Source of the DNA: Deltaproteobacteria bacterium | GTDB taxonomy: Bacteria > Desulfobacterota > Desulfuromonadia > Geobacterales > Pseudopelobacteraceae | Assembly: GCA_016182975.1 (NCBI GenBank) | Contig: JACPFJ010000028.1 | Coordinates: 4,948 to 68,947 of the forward strand | DNA: 64,000 nucleotides | Reading direction: 5' to 3' | In this document: positions 19,133-29,355 of the stretch, one piece after another | Layout: each line of letters opens with the position of its first letter | Numbering within the stretch: position 1 is the stretch's first letter | Made by a program: the position numbers and the translations under genes | Notes under the pieces: generated by a model | Seen by the model: only the letters and a program-made list of their open reading frames with translations | What the model was told of the DNA's origin: nothing | The model's database searches: none

Positions 19133-19615
19133 GTGAACAAAGAGCAGATCATACGGGAAATAATTACGGCGCTTTCCGCCGATCTGACGGTGCTCTCCAG
19201 CGCCGCCAGGGCCGCCCACGAGGCAGCCACCCACGCGGAGTGCATCCCCGACAACAAGTACGACACCACCGCGCTGGAGGCCTCCTACATCGCCCAGGGA
19301 CAGGCCAACCGCGCCCAGGAGATCCGGGCGGCACTGGAGAGCTACCGCACCCTGATGCTGCATGCCTTCGACGACGACACTCCGATCCGGCTGACGGCGC
19401 TGGTTACCCTGGAAGACGGCGATGGGAACGTGCGGAGGCTCTTTCTCGGCCCCCAGGGCGGCGGCATGAAGATCAGCAATGGCATTGGGGAGATTGTGGT
19501 CATCACCCCTGGTTCTCCTTTGGGCCGCTGCCTGCTGGGCCGGCGAACCGGCGACGATGTGCAGGTTGGCGACGCTGTCACGGCTGCGACCTTTACCATT
19601 GTTGCGGTATGTTGA
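19133..19615 (+). CDS. GreA/GreB family protein
   Basis: ATH...DNKYDTTALEASYIAQGQ, VITPGSPLG; GTG start. Confidence 0.85.
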   Translation: MNKEQIIREIITALSADLTVLSSAARAAHEAATHAECIPDNKYDTTALEASYIAQGQANRAQEIRAALESYRTLMLHAFDDDTPIRLTALVTLEDGDGNVRRLFLGPQGGGMKISNGIGEIVVITPGSPLGRCLLGRRTGDDVQVGDAVTAATFTIVAVC

Positions 19616-19648
19616 GGTTTCCGGAAATGCGGGAGGCGGGGGGCGCCC

Positions 19649-20995
19649 TCATCCCCCCTCCTCCCCCTCTTCCACCCCGTAGCGCTTCATCTTGCGCCAG
19701 AGGGTGGTCTTGTTGATCCCCAGAATCCGCGCCGCCTCCAGCTTCCTGCCGTTGCAGGAGCGCAGGACCCGCAGGATGTGGTCGCGCTCGGCCTCTTCCA
19801 TCCGGAGCGGCTCCTCCTCCGGCGCTCCGGTCGCGGCGCCCCCCTCCACGAGCAGGCTCCTGGGGGTGAGCAGGTCGGAGGTCTCCAGGATCATGGCGCG
19901 CTCGACGATGTTCTCCAGCTCGCGCACGTTGCCGGGGTAGTCGTAGCGTTCCAGCAGGCGCCACCCCTCCTCGCTCATGCCGTTGATGCGCGGGTTGATG
20001 TGGCGGTAGAGCCGCATGAAATGCCCGGCCAGGAGCGGGATGTCCTCCGGCCGCTCGCGCAGCGGGGGTATCTGCAGGGTGACGACGCTCAGCCGGTAGT
20101 AGAGGTCGCTGCGGAAGACGCCGCGCCGCGCCTCTTCGTCCAGGTTCTGGTTGGTGGCGGCGATGATGCGGGCATCGACGGCGACCGGCGTGCCGCTGCC
20201 GACGCGCGTCACGCAGCGCTCCTGCAGGACGCGCAGCAGCTTGACCTGGAAGGGGTTGCCGGTCGTGCCGATCTCGTCCAGGAAGAGGGTGCCGCGGTTG
20301 GCCAGCTCGAAGTAGCCGGTCCTGCGGGCCACGGCCCCGGTAAAGGCCCCCTTCTCGTGGCCGAACAGCTCGCTCTCCAGCACCCCCTCGGCCAGGGCGC
20401 CGCAGTTGATGGGGACAAAGGGGTGCTCGCGCCGCGGGGAACAGTGGTGGATCATCCGCGCCACCAGTTCCTTGCCGACGCCGGTCTCCCCCTGGATCAG
20501 CACGCTGCTGTCGCTGCGGGCGGCGCGGCGCCCCAGCTCCAGCACCTCGGCCATGCGCCGGTTGCGGGTGAGCGGGGCATGCCGCTCCTGCTCCTGCTCC
20601 TGTTCCTGGCGGTAGAAGGCGAGCGTCCCCTCCAGACGCCGTTCCTTGAGGGCCCGGTTGATGCGCGCCAGCACGTCGTCCGGATCGAAGGGCTTGGCGA
20701 TGTAGTCGTAGGCCCCGTTCTTCACCGCCGTCACCGCACCCGCCAGGGAGGAGTGGCCGGTGATGATGAACACCGGCACCTCCGGGTTGATCTCCTTCAC
20801 CCGCGCCAGGAGCTCCATCCCTCCCAGGCGCGGCATCTTCACGTCGCTGAGGATGATCTCCGCCCCCTGGCGGCGAAAGTGGGCCAGCGCCTCCTCGCCG
20901 TTGCCGAAGGCGTCCACCAGGTAGTCCGGACCGAGCATCCGCGTGAGGATGCGGCAGGCCAGCGGATCGTCGTCCACCACGATCACCCGTATCAT
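19649..20995 (-). CDS. Sigma-54-dependent response regulator (NtrC family)
   Basis: Receiver domain, GETGVGKE, GAFTGA, Fis HTH. Confidence 0.93.
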   Translation of the reverse strand: MIRVIVVDDDPLACRILTRMLGPDYLVDAFGNGEEALAHFRRQGAEIILSDVKMPRLGGMELLARVKEINPEVPVFIITGHSSLAGAVTAVKNGAYDYIAKPFDPDDVLARINRALKERRLEGTLAFYRQEQEQEQERHAPLTRNRRMAEVLELGRRAARSDSSVLIQGETGVGKELVARMIHHCSPRREHPFVPINCGALAEGVLESELFGHEKGAFTGAVARRTGYFELANRGTLFLDEIGTTGNPFQVKLLRVLQERCVTRVGSGTPVAVDARIIAATNQNLDEEARRGVFRSDLYYRLSVVTLQIPPLRERPEDIPLLAGHFMRLYRHINPRINGMSEEGWRLLERYDYPGNVRELENIVERAMILETSDLLTPRSLLVEGGAATGAPEEEPLRMEEAERDHILRVLRSCNGRKLEAARILGINKTTLWRKMKRYGVEEGEEGG

Positions 20996-22923
20996 GCCCC
21001 CACCTCCCGCGTTCCCGGGATAAAGACCTTGAAGCAGGCCCCCTCGCCGGGGCGCGACTCCACCTCGATGTCCCCCCCCATGCCGTTGATCATGCCGTAG
21101 CTGACCGAGAGACCGAGGCCGGTCCCCTCTCCGACCTCCTTGGTGGTGAAGAACGGATCGAAGATCCGGTCCAGGTGCTCGGGCGCGATGCCGCAGCCGT
21201 TGTCCCGGAAACTGGCCTGCACCCCCCCGTCCCGTTGCCGGAGCGTCACGGCCACCTCCCCGCCCGGCGCGGCATCGATGCCGTTCAGCAGGATGTTGAC
21301 GAAGACCTGGCGCAACTGGTCGCCGTCGATCAGCAGGGAAGGGAGGGGGGCGTCGTCGCAGCTGAGCCGGACCTGTCTGTTTTCGGCCCGCAGCCTGACC
21401 AGCGCCAGGGCCTCACCCATGATCACGGCCGGGTCGTGGGGGGCCGGCGTGGCCCCGGAGCGACGGGCGAAGCTCAAAAGCCCGGCGATGATCCCGCTGC
21501 ATTTGCCGGCCTGGTCGGCGATGTCGTCCAGGTCGCCGGTCAGCGAGCGCCGGTCGCACTCCCCCCGTTCGATCCCCTTCCGGGCCAGGATCGCCAGGGC
21601 CTTGATGTTGCCGAGCGGGGTGTTCAGCTCGTGCGCCAGTCCGGCCGCCATCTCCCCTATCGAGGCCAGTTTCTCCGTCCCCCTGATCCGCTCCTCCACC
21701 CGCAACCGTTCCTCGGCGCTCTGCTGGATGGCGTCCGCCATCCGGTTGATCTCCCCGGCCAGGAAGCCGACCTCGTCGCGCGAACCCTCCGCTATCCGTT
21801 CGGCCGGGTTGTTCCCCATCCTGCGGATACCCTCCACCACCGCCTGTATCGGGCGGGTCAGTGAGCGGGCGAAGAAGAGGGAGGCCGCCAGGGCGAGTCC
21901 CAGCACCAAGGTGGCCCAGAGGGCGGTCTGGCGGCCGATGGTGGCCAGCGGACCCAGGAAGAAGTCCCGCCGCGCATTGACCACCACCACCCACCCCCGG
22001 TCCTGGCGGCCGTAGGGGGAGTAGTAGGCATGGGCCAGGATGTCCCTGCTGCGCGGGTCGCTGGCGATGCCGCGCTCGCTGGTGAGCCAGGCGCTGGTGA
22101 TCTCGGGGGGGTAGTCGTCGAAGATGGTGCGGCGGCTGCCGGTCTGGTCGCCGAACTCGCACGACCCGTCGCGATGGAAGAGGTAGATGCCGTTTCTGCG
22201 GTTGTCGGCGGGGTTGCGTTCGACCAGGAAGGCGCTCCCCTGCTCGGCGGCGATCAGGCGGTTGATCAGGCGGCCGGCCTGCTCCCCCCAGACGTTGACG
22301 ACCAGTACGCCGCGCTGGACGCCGTCCCGCCCGAAGAGCGGGGTGGCAAAGCGCACCATGGCCGGACAGAGGGCGTCCTCCTCCTCGATCTTGCCCCGCT
22401 CCAGGTTGGAGATCAGCACGCCGTTGCGGGGAAGCCGGAGCGCGGCCTGGAAAAAGTCGCGCCCGGCCACCGAATGGACCGCGGGCATGGAGTAGGGGGG
22501 GCGCTCGGGGCCGGTCGCGGGCACGAGCCTCCCCTCCTTGATCTTGACCAGGACGTTGCCGGCCGGGTCGATCAGGCGGATCGCCTGGATGGTCGCGTCC
22601 AGTTTCTGCCAGCCGAGAAACGCGCCTTCCAGGCGCCGCAGTGAACCGGCCAGCCGGGTCTGGCTGACCGATCCCAGCGCCTCCAGATAGTCCCCCACCT
22701 CCGGGGATGCCGCCATGGTCGCCAGGGTGGTCTGTGAATGTCCCACCATCTCCGCCAGGCCGGTCGCCGAACGCTCCGCCAGCGAGCTGACCTGCCGGGA
22801 GGCGTTCCCTTGCAGGATGTGGGCGGTGGATACGATGATCAGCATCGAGAAGGCGATCAGCGACGGGACCGCCACCCCCAGCAGGGTGACCAGTGCCTTG
22901 CGGCGTATACCCAAACGTTTCAT
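20992..22923 (-). CDS. Sensor histidine kinase (periplasmic Cache-like domain, HAMP)
   Basis: Two TM helices, LAHELNTP H-box, DPFFTTK/GTGLGL. Confidence 0.9.
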   Translation of the reverse strand: MKRLGIRRKALVTLLGVAVPSLIAFSMLIIVSTAHILQGNASRQVSSLAERSATGLAEMVGHSQTTLATMAASPEVGDYLEALGSVSQTRLAGSLRRLEGAFLGWQKLDATIQAIRLIDPAGNVLVKIKEGRLVPATGPERPPYSMPAVHSVAGRDFFQAALRLPRNGVLISNLERGKIEEEDALCPAMVRFATPLFGRDGVQRGVLVVNVWGEQAGRLINRLIAAEQGSAFLVERNPADNRRNGIYLFHRDGSCEFGDQTGSRRTIFDDYPPEITSAWLTSERGIASDPRSRDILAHAYYSPYGRQDRGWVVVVNARRDFFLGPLATIGRQTALWATLVLGLALAASLFFARSLTRPIQAVVEGIRRMGNNPAERIAEGSRDEVGFLAGEINRMADAIQQSAEERLRVEERIRGTEKLASIGEMAAGLAHELNTPLGNIKALAILARKGIERGECDRRSLTGDLDDIADQAGKCSGIIAGLLSFARRSGATPAPHDPAVIMGEALALVRLRAENRQVRLSCDDAPLPSLLIDGDQLRQVFVNILLNGIDAAPGGEVAVTLRQRDGGVQASFRDNGCGIAPEHLDRIFDPFFTTKEVGEGTGLGLSVSYGMINGMGGDIEVESRPGEGACFKVFIPGTREVGA

Positions 22924-22963
22924 GTTGACCTCGCGCTGCATTCGGCACCGCTCTGGATTGGGA

Positions 22964-22984
22964 TTGCACCCGCATTCGGTGCAA
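22964..22984. promoter_or_regulatory. Candidate enhancer (UAS) palindrome TTGCACC-N7-GGTGCAA
   Basis: Perfect 7-bp inverted repeat about 75 nt upstream of a -24/-12-like element. Confidence 0.5.
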
Positions 22985-23057
22985 TATGCACCCGGCGCTA
23001 CCGTACGCCGATCGGCATTGCCGGTCAACCCCTTTCTTTCATTGTCTATTTCCGCCC

Positions 23058-23074
23058 TGGCACGTCCTGTGTAA
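23058..23074 (+). promoter_or_regulatory. Candidate sigma-54 promoter of the cytochrome gene
   Basis: TGGCACG-TCCT-GTGTA: -24 matches consensus, -12 is GT instead of GC. Confidence 0.4.
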
Positions 23075-23125
23075 TGGTACAGGCGGGCCATGAGAGCCCG
23101 CATACAATTCAAGGAGGAGGATGCC

Positions 23126-25003
23126 ATGAAAACTGTGATTGCGGTTGCGCTGCTGCTCGTGACTGCCGGGGCCGCCTGGGGCCTCGATGCCGGGTCGGGG
23201 TGTGTTGCCTGCCACGGCGACAGGGGAAAGATGAAGGAACTGGGGGCGGAGGCGATGTACCTCGACCCGGTCCAGGTGGATCGGGAGGTGAACATGAAGG
23301 GGAAGCCGACCTGCGTGGATTGTCACCTGGGTGATCCCAAGGCCCAAGACAAGACTGCGGCCCACAAGGGGCTGCTGCGCCCCTTCCTGGTGGCGGCGGG
23401 GAAGAAGTACAAGGGAGAGGCGATCTCCCGCGAGGAGGCGGGGGCCCTGCAACCCCTGACGCCGAAGGGGACCAGCATGAGCAGCATGATCCCCAAGGGG
23501 GACCCCAAGAAGCTGGAAGCGGCCGGGGTCAAGCGGATCGTCAACATCCATTGGCATGACCGCGACCCGCAAACCATGGCCTACTCCCCCAAGGTGGCCG
23601 AGCAGACCTGCGGCCGCTGCCACAGTAAGGCGGTGCAGGATTACAACAGCTCCACCAAGGGGCTCTCCAGGATGCAGCGCTCGTTCCGCAGCTGGTCCGA
23701 GAAGCTCCCCGGACCGCACAACTGCGGTGTTTGGCCCGGAGAGAACGAGGAGGGGCTCCGCTCCCAGACCTCGGTCCCGTACAGCAAACAGCAGAACGAC
23801 AGCATGGGGCGTTCCTGCAACATGTGTCATCCCTCCTGCAACGACTGCCACTTCAAGCCGGTGGCCGCCAGGGGTACCCATGCCTTCGGAAAGCCGGACA
23901 ACCCCAGTTGCTCCGGCGGCAACCGGGCCAGCATCTGTCACGGCGCCACCATGGAACGCCGCCGCGGCGCCGGTTTCGTCAGAGGGGTCTACGCCTTCCC
24001 CCCCGACCAGAAGCAGGGGGCCCACATCAAGGCCGGTCTGGAGTGCCTCGACTGCCACAAGCCAGCCAACCACCAGTTCGGGCACCTGGCCTCCGACGAT
24101 GCCCGAAACTCGTGCGGGAAGTGCCACAACGACATCGTAAAGGCCGTCCAGGCCTCGCCCCACGGCAAGGTGGAGTGCGGCTCCTGCCACATCACCGCCC
24201 TGGGGGCCTACCAGTACACCTTCTGGGGCAAGGGGCACTACTTCGGCGTGGAGAACCCCTACGGCAAGCACAAGGATTACTACGGCAGCCGCGACCTGCC
24301 GACCATCGTCCGCAATCCCGCGGGACGCTGGATACCGATGAAACCCTACCCGATGGCGGTCATGAACCAGACCGGCGAGTTGGGGCCGACCGGGCTTCTG
24401 TTCCGCTCGATCCCGAAACGGACCGTACCGGGCAACCCCAAGCTCGGCGAGCCGAGTTCATTCGAGGCGGTCCGGGAGGTAAGCGAGGTCAACGACGCCT
24501 ATATCGGGGTCGGCACGCGCAGCGATCTTCCCACAGGGAACAAGACGATACTCTGGATCCAGATGGAGAAGCTGAGCCACGCCATGGGCAAGCCGCGCGG
24601 CTGCGGCAGCTGCCACGACTCCCATGCCCAGGTCGGCAAGTCGCAGTGGAGCTACTTCGAGGAGCGCGACGTGACCAAGCCGTTCAAGGGGAGCTACACC
24701 ATCACCGCCGACAAGGACGGGATGCGCTTCGGCGACGTGACCTGGGAGGAGCCGCAGCTCGCCCCCAACCGCAGGCTGGAGGAGGTAGCCCCCTTCGCGG
24801 TGCTGCCGAAGAACGCCTGGGACGTCAATGGGATCGACCTCTCCATCCCCTTCGACGACAAGAAGACCGCGACGGCCCGCAAGGAACTGGATGAGTTCCT
24901 CAAGGAGCTGGACAGGCGCAAGGACGACCCGAAGGTGAAGGAGATCCGCGTGATTGCCTATCACAACCTGGCAATGGCCAAGAAGATGCTGAAGAAGAAA
25001 TAG
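23126..25003 (+). CDS. Exported multiheme cytochrome c
   Basis: Signal peptide, nine CxxCH motifs and one CX8CH; AGGAGG RBS. Confidence 0.92.
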   Translation: MKTVIAVALLLVTAGAAWGLDAGSGCVACHGDRGKMKELGAEAMYLDPVQVDREVNMKGKPTCVDCHLGDPKAQDKTAAHKGLLRPFLVAAGKKYKGEAISREEAGALQPLTPKGTSMSSMIPKGDPKKLEAAGVKRIVNIHWHDRDPQTMAYSPKVAEQTCGRCHSKAVQDYNSSTKGLSRMQRSFRSWSEKLPGPHNCGVWPGENEEGLRSQTSVPYSKQQNDSMGRSCNMCHPSCNDCHFKPVAARGTHAFGKPDNPSCSGGNRASICHGATMERRRGAGFVRGVYAFPPDQKQGAHIKAGLECLDCHKPANHQFGHLASDDARNSCGKCHNDIVKAVQASPHGKVECGSCHITALGAYQYTFWGKGHYFGVENPYGKHKDYYGSRDLPTIVRNPAGRWIPMKPYPMAVMNQTGELGPTGLLFRSIPKRTVPGNPKLGEPSSFEAVREVSEVNDAYIGVGTRSDLPTGNKTILWIQMEKLSHAMGKPRGCGSCHDSHAQVGKSQWSYFEERDVTKPFKGSYTITADKDGMRFGDVTWEEPQLAPNRRLEEVAPFAVLPKNAWDVNGIDLSIPFDDKKTATARKELDEFLKELDRRKDDPKVKEIRVIAYHNLAMAKKMLKKK

Positions 25004-25034
25004 CCGCCTTTGCAAGGGGCGGCCATCTCTTTTT
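25003..25034. terminator. Hairpin between convergent cytochrome genes
   Basis: gccgcctt-tgc-aaggggcggc followed by a T-rich tract. Confidence 0.55.
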
Positions 25035-25042
25035 GTGACGTT

Positions 25043-25357
25043 TCAGGATTTGACCAGCTTGTGGCAGAAGAGGCAGCGGTTCTTGGGGGGGTGATTGGGG
25101 GGAAAGGGGACCCCTTTTTCCTTGTGGCAGGGCTCGCAGTATACCTCGGCCCCCTTCTTGTCGGGCTTGAAGAAGGCGCGTTTGAATATCGAGGCGTCCG
25201 GGCCGGGCGCGTTGCGAAAGGCGGTTTCGTAGACGATCCGGTGCGTGCCGTCCGGCGGCACCGGTCGGGTCTTCTCCTTGCCGGAGATGGCGATGAAGGT
25301 CCCAATGACCACGACAAACAGCCCGGCAAAAAGCCAATCACGTTTAACCAGTTTCAT
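25043..25357 (-). CDS. Small membrane-anchored diheme cytochrome c
   Basis: N-terminal TM helix; CEPCH and CLFCH. Confidence 0.85.
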   Translation of the reverse strand: MKLVKRDWLFAGLFVVVIGTFIAISGKEKTRPVPPDGTHRIVYETAFRNAPGPDASIFKRAFFKPDKKGAEVYCEPCHKEKGVPFPPNHPPKNRCLFCHKLVKS

Positions 25358-25392
25358 TGAGTTGTTTCCCTTTCAAAACCCAAATTCTCAGA

Positions 25393-25592
25393 TTGAACCT
25401 AAGTTCTGCAAACCTCACCACAGAGTCACAGAGGGCACAGAGAAATCGGTTTTAATAACAAAACATCAGACTTTGATGCCTATGATTTTGCCGCTCACCT
25501 TTTTGGTTATGCGGTTTTTTATTTTCAAAAAGGCTCTGTGATTACTCCGTGTTCTCTGTGACTCTGTGGTGGAAGTGCCGCTTTTGGTTGAA
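25393..25592. repeat. ~200-bp MITE-like element, copy 1 (CACAGAG inverted repeats)
   Basis: caccacagagtcacagagggcacagag ... ctctgtgactctgtggt; homologous to 38979-39174. Confidence 0.85.
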
Positions 25593-25603
25593 TGTTTGAG
25601 TAT

Positions 25604-25942
25604 CTATTCCGATTTTATCAGCGAAATATAGATGACGACGCCCCCGATCAACAGTCCGCCGCAGACAAAAGGGATCAGCGATTTCAGGGTCAGGACCTCG
25701 CCGGGCACCGGCATGGCGAAACGCAGGATCACGATCAAACCGATCATCCCGAACAGCGTCAGCAGCACGATCTTGGACCTCTTGATCACACCGTAGAAAA
25801 AGACAAACGCTATGCAGAGCAGGACGACGGGGTTCGTGAACATCTGCTTCAGAGTCAGGTTTTGCAGGGTGGTCAGCAGGTTGGTGGTCTCAAAGGGGTG
25901 CAGTATCTCGGCGGCTTTCTCCGCGAGCTGCTGTCTATTCAT
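25604..25942 (-). CDS. Hypothetical membrane protein
   Basis: 112 aa with three hydrophobic segments; GGAG RBS. Confidence 0.75.
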   Translation of the reverse strand: MNRQQLAEKAAEILHPFETTNLLTTLQNLTLKQMFTNPVVLLCIAFVFFYGVIKRSKIVLLTLFGMIGLIVILRFAMPVPGEVLTLKSLIPFVCGGLLIGGVVIYISLIKSE

Positions 25943-26017
25943 GAACGTTCTCCGTTTTTGATGCGGTAAAGCCGAGTGAAATAGTAAAGCAAAGCGGCGG
26001 GTTCGGCAAGAAAAAAT

Positions 26018-26045
26018 AAAAGGCCCGCAACGAATGCGGGCCTTG
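26018..26045 (-). terminator. Intrinsic terminator after dnaJ
   Basis: aaggcccgca..tgcgggcctt with a T run on the minus strand. Confidence 0.75.
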
Positions 26046-26050
26046 GGGCA

Positions 26051-27172
26051 TCAGGTCAGGAACTCCATGACCTTGTCCAGGAACCCCTTCTTCAGGGGGT
26101 GGACGTCCTCACCGCTGATCCTGGCGAACTCCTCCAGCAACTCCTTCTGCTTCTTGTTGAGGTTGGTGGGGGTCTCGACCCGGATGATCACCAGCTGGTC
26201 GCCGCGGCCGTACCCCTGCAGCGAGGGGATGCCCTTGCCGCGCAGACGGTAGATCTTGCCGGACTGTGTGCCGTCGGGGATCTTCATCGAGACCTTGCCG
26301 TCCAGGGTCGGCACCTCGATCTCGCACCCCAGGGAGGCCTGGATGAAGCTGATCGGGAACTCGCAGATGACGTTGTTGTCCTCACGCTGAAAGATGGGGT
26401 GCTCCCTGACGCTGATGGCTACGTACAGGTCGCCGTTTGGCCCCCCCTTGCCCTGGCCCCCCTCGCCGGTCAGCTTCAGCCGTGAACCGGTCTCTACCCC
26501 GCCCGGCACCTTGACCGAGAGGGCCTTGCTGTCCTTGACACTCCCCTTGCCGCGGCAGGTGGGGCAGGGGTTGTCGACGATCTTTCCCTCTCCCTGGCAC
26601 TGGCCGCAGGTCTTGCTGACGCTGAAGAAGCCCTGCTGATAGCGTACCTGGCCGGCCCCGCGGCAGGAGGGACAGACCTTGGGTTCGGTGCCCGGCTTCG
26701 AGCCGGAGCCGTTGCAGGCGCCGCAGCGCTTGGCAAAGGGGACCTCGATCCGCTTTTCCACACCGAAGGCGGCCTCCTCGAAGCTGATCTCCAGGTTGTA
26801 GAGCAGGTCGTCGCCCCTTCGCCCCTGTTGGCGTCCCCTGCCGCCGGTGCCGCCGAAGATGTCGCCGAAGATGTCGCTGAAAATGTCGCCAAAGGGTGTG
26901 CCCGCCCCGAATCCGCCGCCGGAAAAGCCGCCCCCCCCGGAGAGGCCGGCGTGGCCGAACTGGTCGTAGTGGGCGCGCTTCTGGGCATCGGAGAGCACCT
27001 CGTAGGCCTCGGTGGCCTCCTTGAACCTGTCCTCGGCCGCCTTGTCGTCCGGGTTCTTGTCGGGGTGATGCTGGAGGGCCAGCTTGCGGAAGGCCTTCTT
27101 GATCTCGGTCTCGGAGGCGTTGCGGTGGACACCCAGTATCTCGTAGTAATCGCGTTTTTCGCCGTTTGCCAC
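26051..27172 (-). CDS. dnaJ: Chaperone DnaJ
   Basis: J domain with HPD, G/F-rich region, four CxxCxGxG repeats. Confidence 0.97.
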   Translation of the reverse strand: MANGEKRDYYEILGVHRNASETEIKKAFRKLALQHHPDKNPDDKAAEDRFKEATEAYEVLSDAQKRAHYDQFGHAGLSGGGGFSGGGFGAGTPFGDIFSDIFGDIFGGTGGRGRQQGRRGDDLLYNLEISFEEAAFGVEKRIEVPFAKRCGACNGSGSKPGTEPKVCPSCRGAGQVRYQQGFFSVSKTCGQCQGEGKIVDNPCPTCRGKGSVKDSKALSVKVPGGVETGSRLKLTGEGGQGKGGPNGDLYVAISVREHPIFQREDNNVICEFPISFIQASLGCEIEVPTLDGKVSMKIPDGTQSGKIYRLRGKGIPSLQGYGRGDQLVIIRVETPTNLNKKQKELLEEFARISGEDVHPLKKGFLDKVMEFLT

Positions 27173-27238
27173 TATGGTTTCCTTGATAACGCAACGAGCA
27201 GCGACCCCGGAATGAGGCGCTGCCCGATGCAGTATGGG

Positions 27239-27320
27239 TGTAGGGGCAATTCATGAATTGTCCCTACTTGGGCAATTCATGAATTGTCCCTACTTGGGCA
27301 ATTCATGAATTGCCCCTACA
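27239..27320. repeat. GTAG-family REP palindrome in three tandem copies
   Basis: GTAGGGGCAATTCATGAATTG(T/C)CCCTAC units at a 26-nt period. Confidence 0.9.
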
Positions 27321-27331
27321 ATCCCTTGTTA

Positions 27332-29200
27332 TTACTTCTTCTCTTCCTTGACCTCTTCGAAGTCCGCGTCTACCACCTTGTCGTCCTTCGGCTTGGCTGC
27401 CCCGGCCTGCTCGGCGCCGGCGGCCGCCTCCCCCTCGCCGGCCTGGCCCTTGGCGTACATGGCCTCGGCCAGCTTGTGGGCCGATTGGGCCAGCTCGTCG
27501 GTGGCCTTCTTGATCGCCTCGGCGTCCTCGCCTTCCATGACCTTCTTCAGTTCGGCGATCTTGTTCTCGATGTTCCCTTTTTCGACGGCCTCGATCTTGT
27601 CACCGAACTCCTTGAGCGACTTCTCGGTGCTGTAGATCATGCTGTCGGCGTGGTTGCGGGCCTCAATGGCCTCGCGTTTACGCTTGTCCTCATCGGCATG
27701 GGCCTCGGCGTCGCGCACCATCTTGTCGATCTCCTCCTTGGAGAGGCCCGAGGATGCGGTGATGCGTATCGACTGCTCCTTGCCGGTGCCCAGGTCCTTG
27801 GCGGAGACATGGACGATGCCGTTGGCGTCGATGTCGAAGGACACCTCCACCTGCGGCATGCCGCGCGGCGCCGGCTCGATGCCCGCCAGGTCGAACTTGG
27901 CCAGCGACTTGTTGAAGCGGGCCTGTTCGCGCTCGCCCTGGACCTGGCTCTTGCGGCAGGGAATGGTGGTGTTCTGCTCGATCAACCTGGTCATCACGCC
28001 GCCCAGGGTCTCGATCCCCAGCGAAAGCGGGGTCACGTCCAGGAGCAGCACGTCCTTGACGTCGCCTTTGAGTACCCCTCCCTGGATGGCCGCGCCGATG
28101 GCCACCACCTCGTCCGGGTTGACCCCCCTGTTGGGGACCTTGCCGAAGATCTCCTCGACCCTTTTCTGCACGGAAGGCATACGGGTCATGCCGCCGACCA
28201 GGATGACCTCGTCGATATCGCTTGGGGACAGACCGGCGTCCTTGAGGGCGGTGCGGCAGGGGCCCTCCAGCTTGGCCAGCAGCGGTGCGCAGATGGACTC
28301 CAGCTTGGCGCGGGAGAGCTTCATGGTCAGGTGCTTGGGACCCGAGGCGTCGGCGGTGATGAAGGGGAGGTTGATATCGGTCTCAAGCGAGGTGGAGAGC
28401 TCGCACTTGGCCTTCTCTGCCGCCTCTTTCAGGCGCTGCAGGGCCATCTTGTCGCCGCGCAGGTCGATCCCCTGGTCTTTCTTGAACTCGTCGGCGATCC
28501 AGTCGATCACCAACTGGTCGAAATCCTCGCCACCCAGGAACGTGTCGCCGTTGGTGGACTTGACCTCGAAGACACCGTCGCCCAGTTCCAGGATGGAGAT
28601 GTCGAACGTTCCGCCACCCAGGTCGAAGACGGCGACCTTCTCCTCCTTCTTCTTGTCCAGACCGTAGGCCAGGGCCGCGGCGGTCGGCTCGTTGATGATG
28701 CGCAGGACGTTGAGACCGGCGATCTTGCCGGCGTCCTTGGTGGCCTGGCGCTGGGAGTCGTCGAAGTAGGCCGGGACGGTGATCACGGCGTCGGTGACGG
28801 TCTCGCCGAGGTAGTCCTCGGCGGTCTTCTTCATCTTCTGCAGCACTATGGCCGAGATCTCCGGGGCGGAATAGCGCTTGCTGCGCACCTCCACCCAGGC
28901 GTCGCCGTTGTCGGCCTTGACGATCTTGAAGGGAGAGATGCTGATGTCCTTCTTGACCGCCTCCGACTCGAACTTGCGGCCGATCAGGCGCTTGATGGCA
29001 TACAATGTGTTTTCCGGGTTGGTGACGGCCTGACGCTTTGCCTGCTGACCCACCAGGCGCTCGCCGCTCTCGGCGAAGGCCACCATCGAGGGGGTCGTGC
29101 GGCTCCCCTCGGCGTTGGCGATAACGACCGGCTCGCCACCCTCCATGATTGCGACGCAGGAGTTGGTGGTTCCCAGGTCGATTCCGATTACCTTGCTCAT
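27332..29200 (-). CDS. dnaK: Chaperone DnaK with an apparent 16-aa internal deletion
   Basis: [26 protein letters not shown]; reads SQV|QGERE in the substrate-binding domain. Confidence 0.96.
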   Translation of the reverse strand: MSKVIGIDLGTTNSCVAIMEGGEPVVIANAEGSRTTPSMVAFAESGERLVGQQAKRQAVTNPENTLYAIKRLIGRKFESEAVKKDISISPFKIVKADNGDAWVEVRSKRYSAPEISAIVLQKMKKTAEDYLGETVTDAVITVPAYFDDSQRQATKDAGKIAGLNVLRIINEPTAAALAYGLDKKKEEKVAVFDLGGGTFDISILELGDGVFEVKSTNGDTFLGGEDFDQLVIDWIADEFKKDQGIDLRGDKMALQRLKEAAEKAKCELSTSLETDINLPFITADASGPKHLTMKLSRAKLESICAPLLAKLEGPCRTALKDAGLSPSDIDEVILVGGMTRMPSVQKRVEEIFGKVPNRGVNPDEVVAIGAAIQGGVLKGDVKDVLLLDVTPLSLGIETLGGVMTRLIEQNTTIPCRKSQVQGEREQARFNKSLAKFDLAGIEPAPRGMPQVEVSFDIDANGIVHVSAKDLGTGKEQSIRITASSGLSKEEIDKMVRDAEAHADEDKRKREAIEARNHADSMIYSTEKSLKEFGDKIEAVEKGNIENKIAELKKVMEGEDAEAIKKATDELAQSAHKLAEAMYAKGQAGEGEAAAGAEQAGAAKPKDDKVVDADFEEVKEEKK

Positions 29201-29280
29201 CTCGTATATTCCTCCTTTTCGGGTCTTTCTATCTTGAAGGTAGTCATCGCTTTGTGAAAAAACAAGGGCGTGGGGAAAAA

Positions 29281-29352
29281 AGTTTTGAATTTTAAGTTTT
29301 GGGTTTTGAGTTCAAGATCTTAACTCAAAACTAATAACTCAAAACTCATAAC
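29281..29352. repeat. Heptamer-repeat hairpin (GTTTTGA / AACTCAA)
   Basis: gttttga-attttaa-gttttgg-gttttga ... aactcaa-aactaat-aactcaa-aactcat. Confidence 0.8.
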
Positions 29353-29355
29353 AGC

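Noticed and set aside
27239..27320. Possible CRISPR array
   Set aside because: The units are adjacent with no unique spacers, no cas genes are present, and the sequence matches a GTAG REP.
27284..29257. 657-aa plus-strand ORF antisense to dnaK, and similar long shadow ORFs over cheA, gabD and others
   Set aside because: These are antisense or alternate-frame products of high-GC codon bias with no recognisable motifs.
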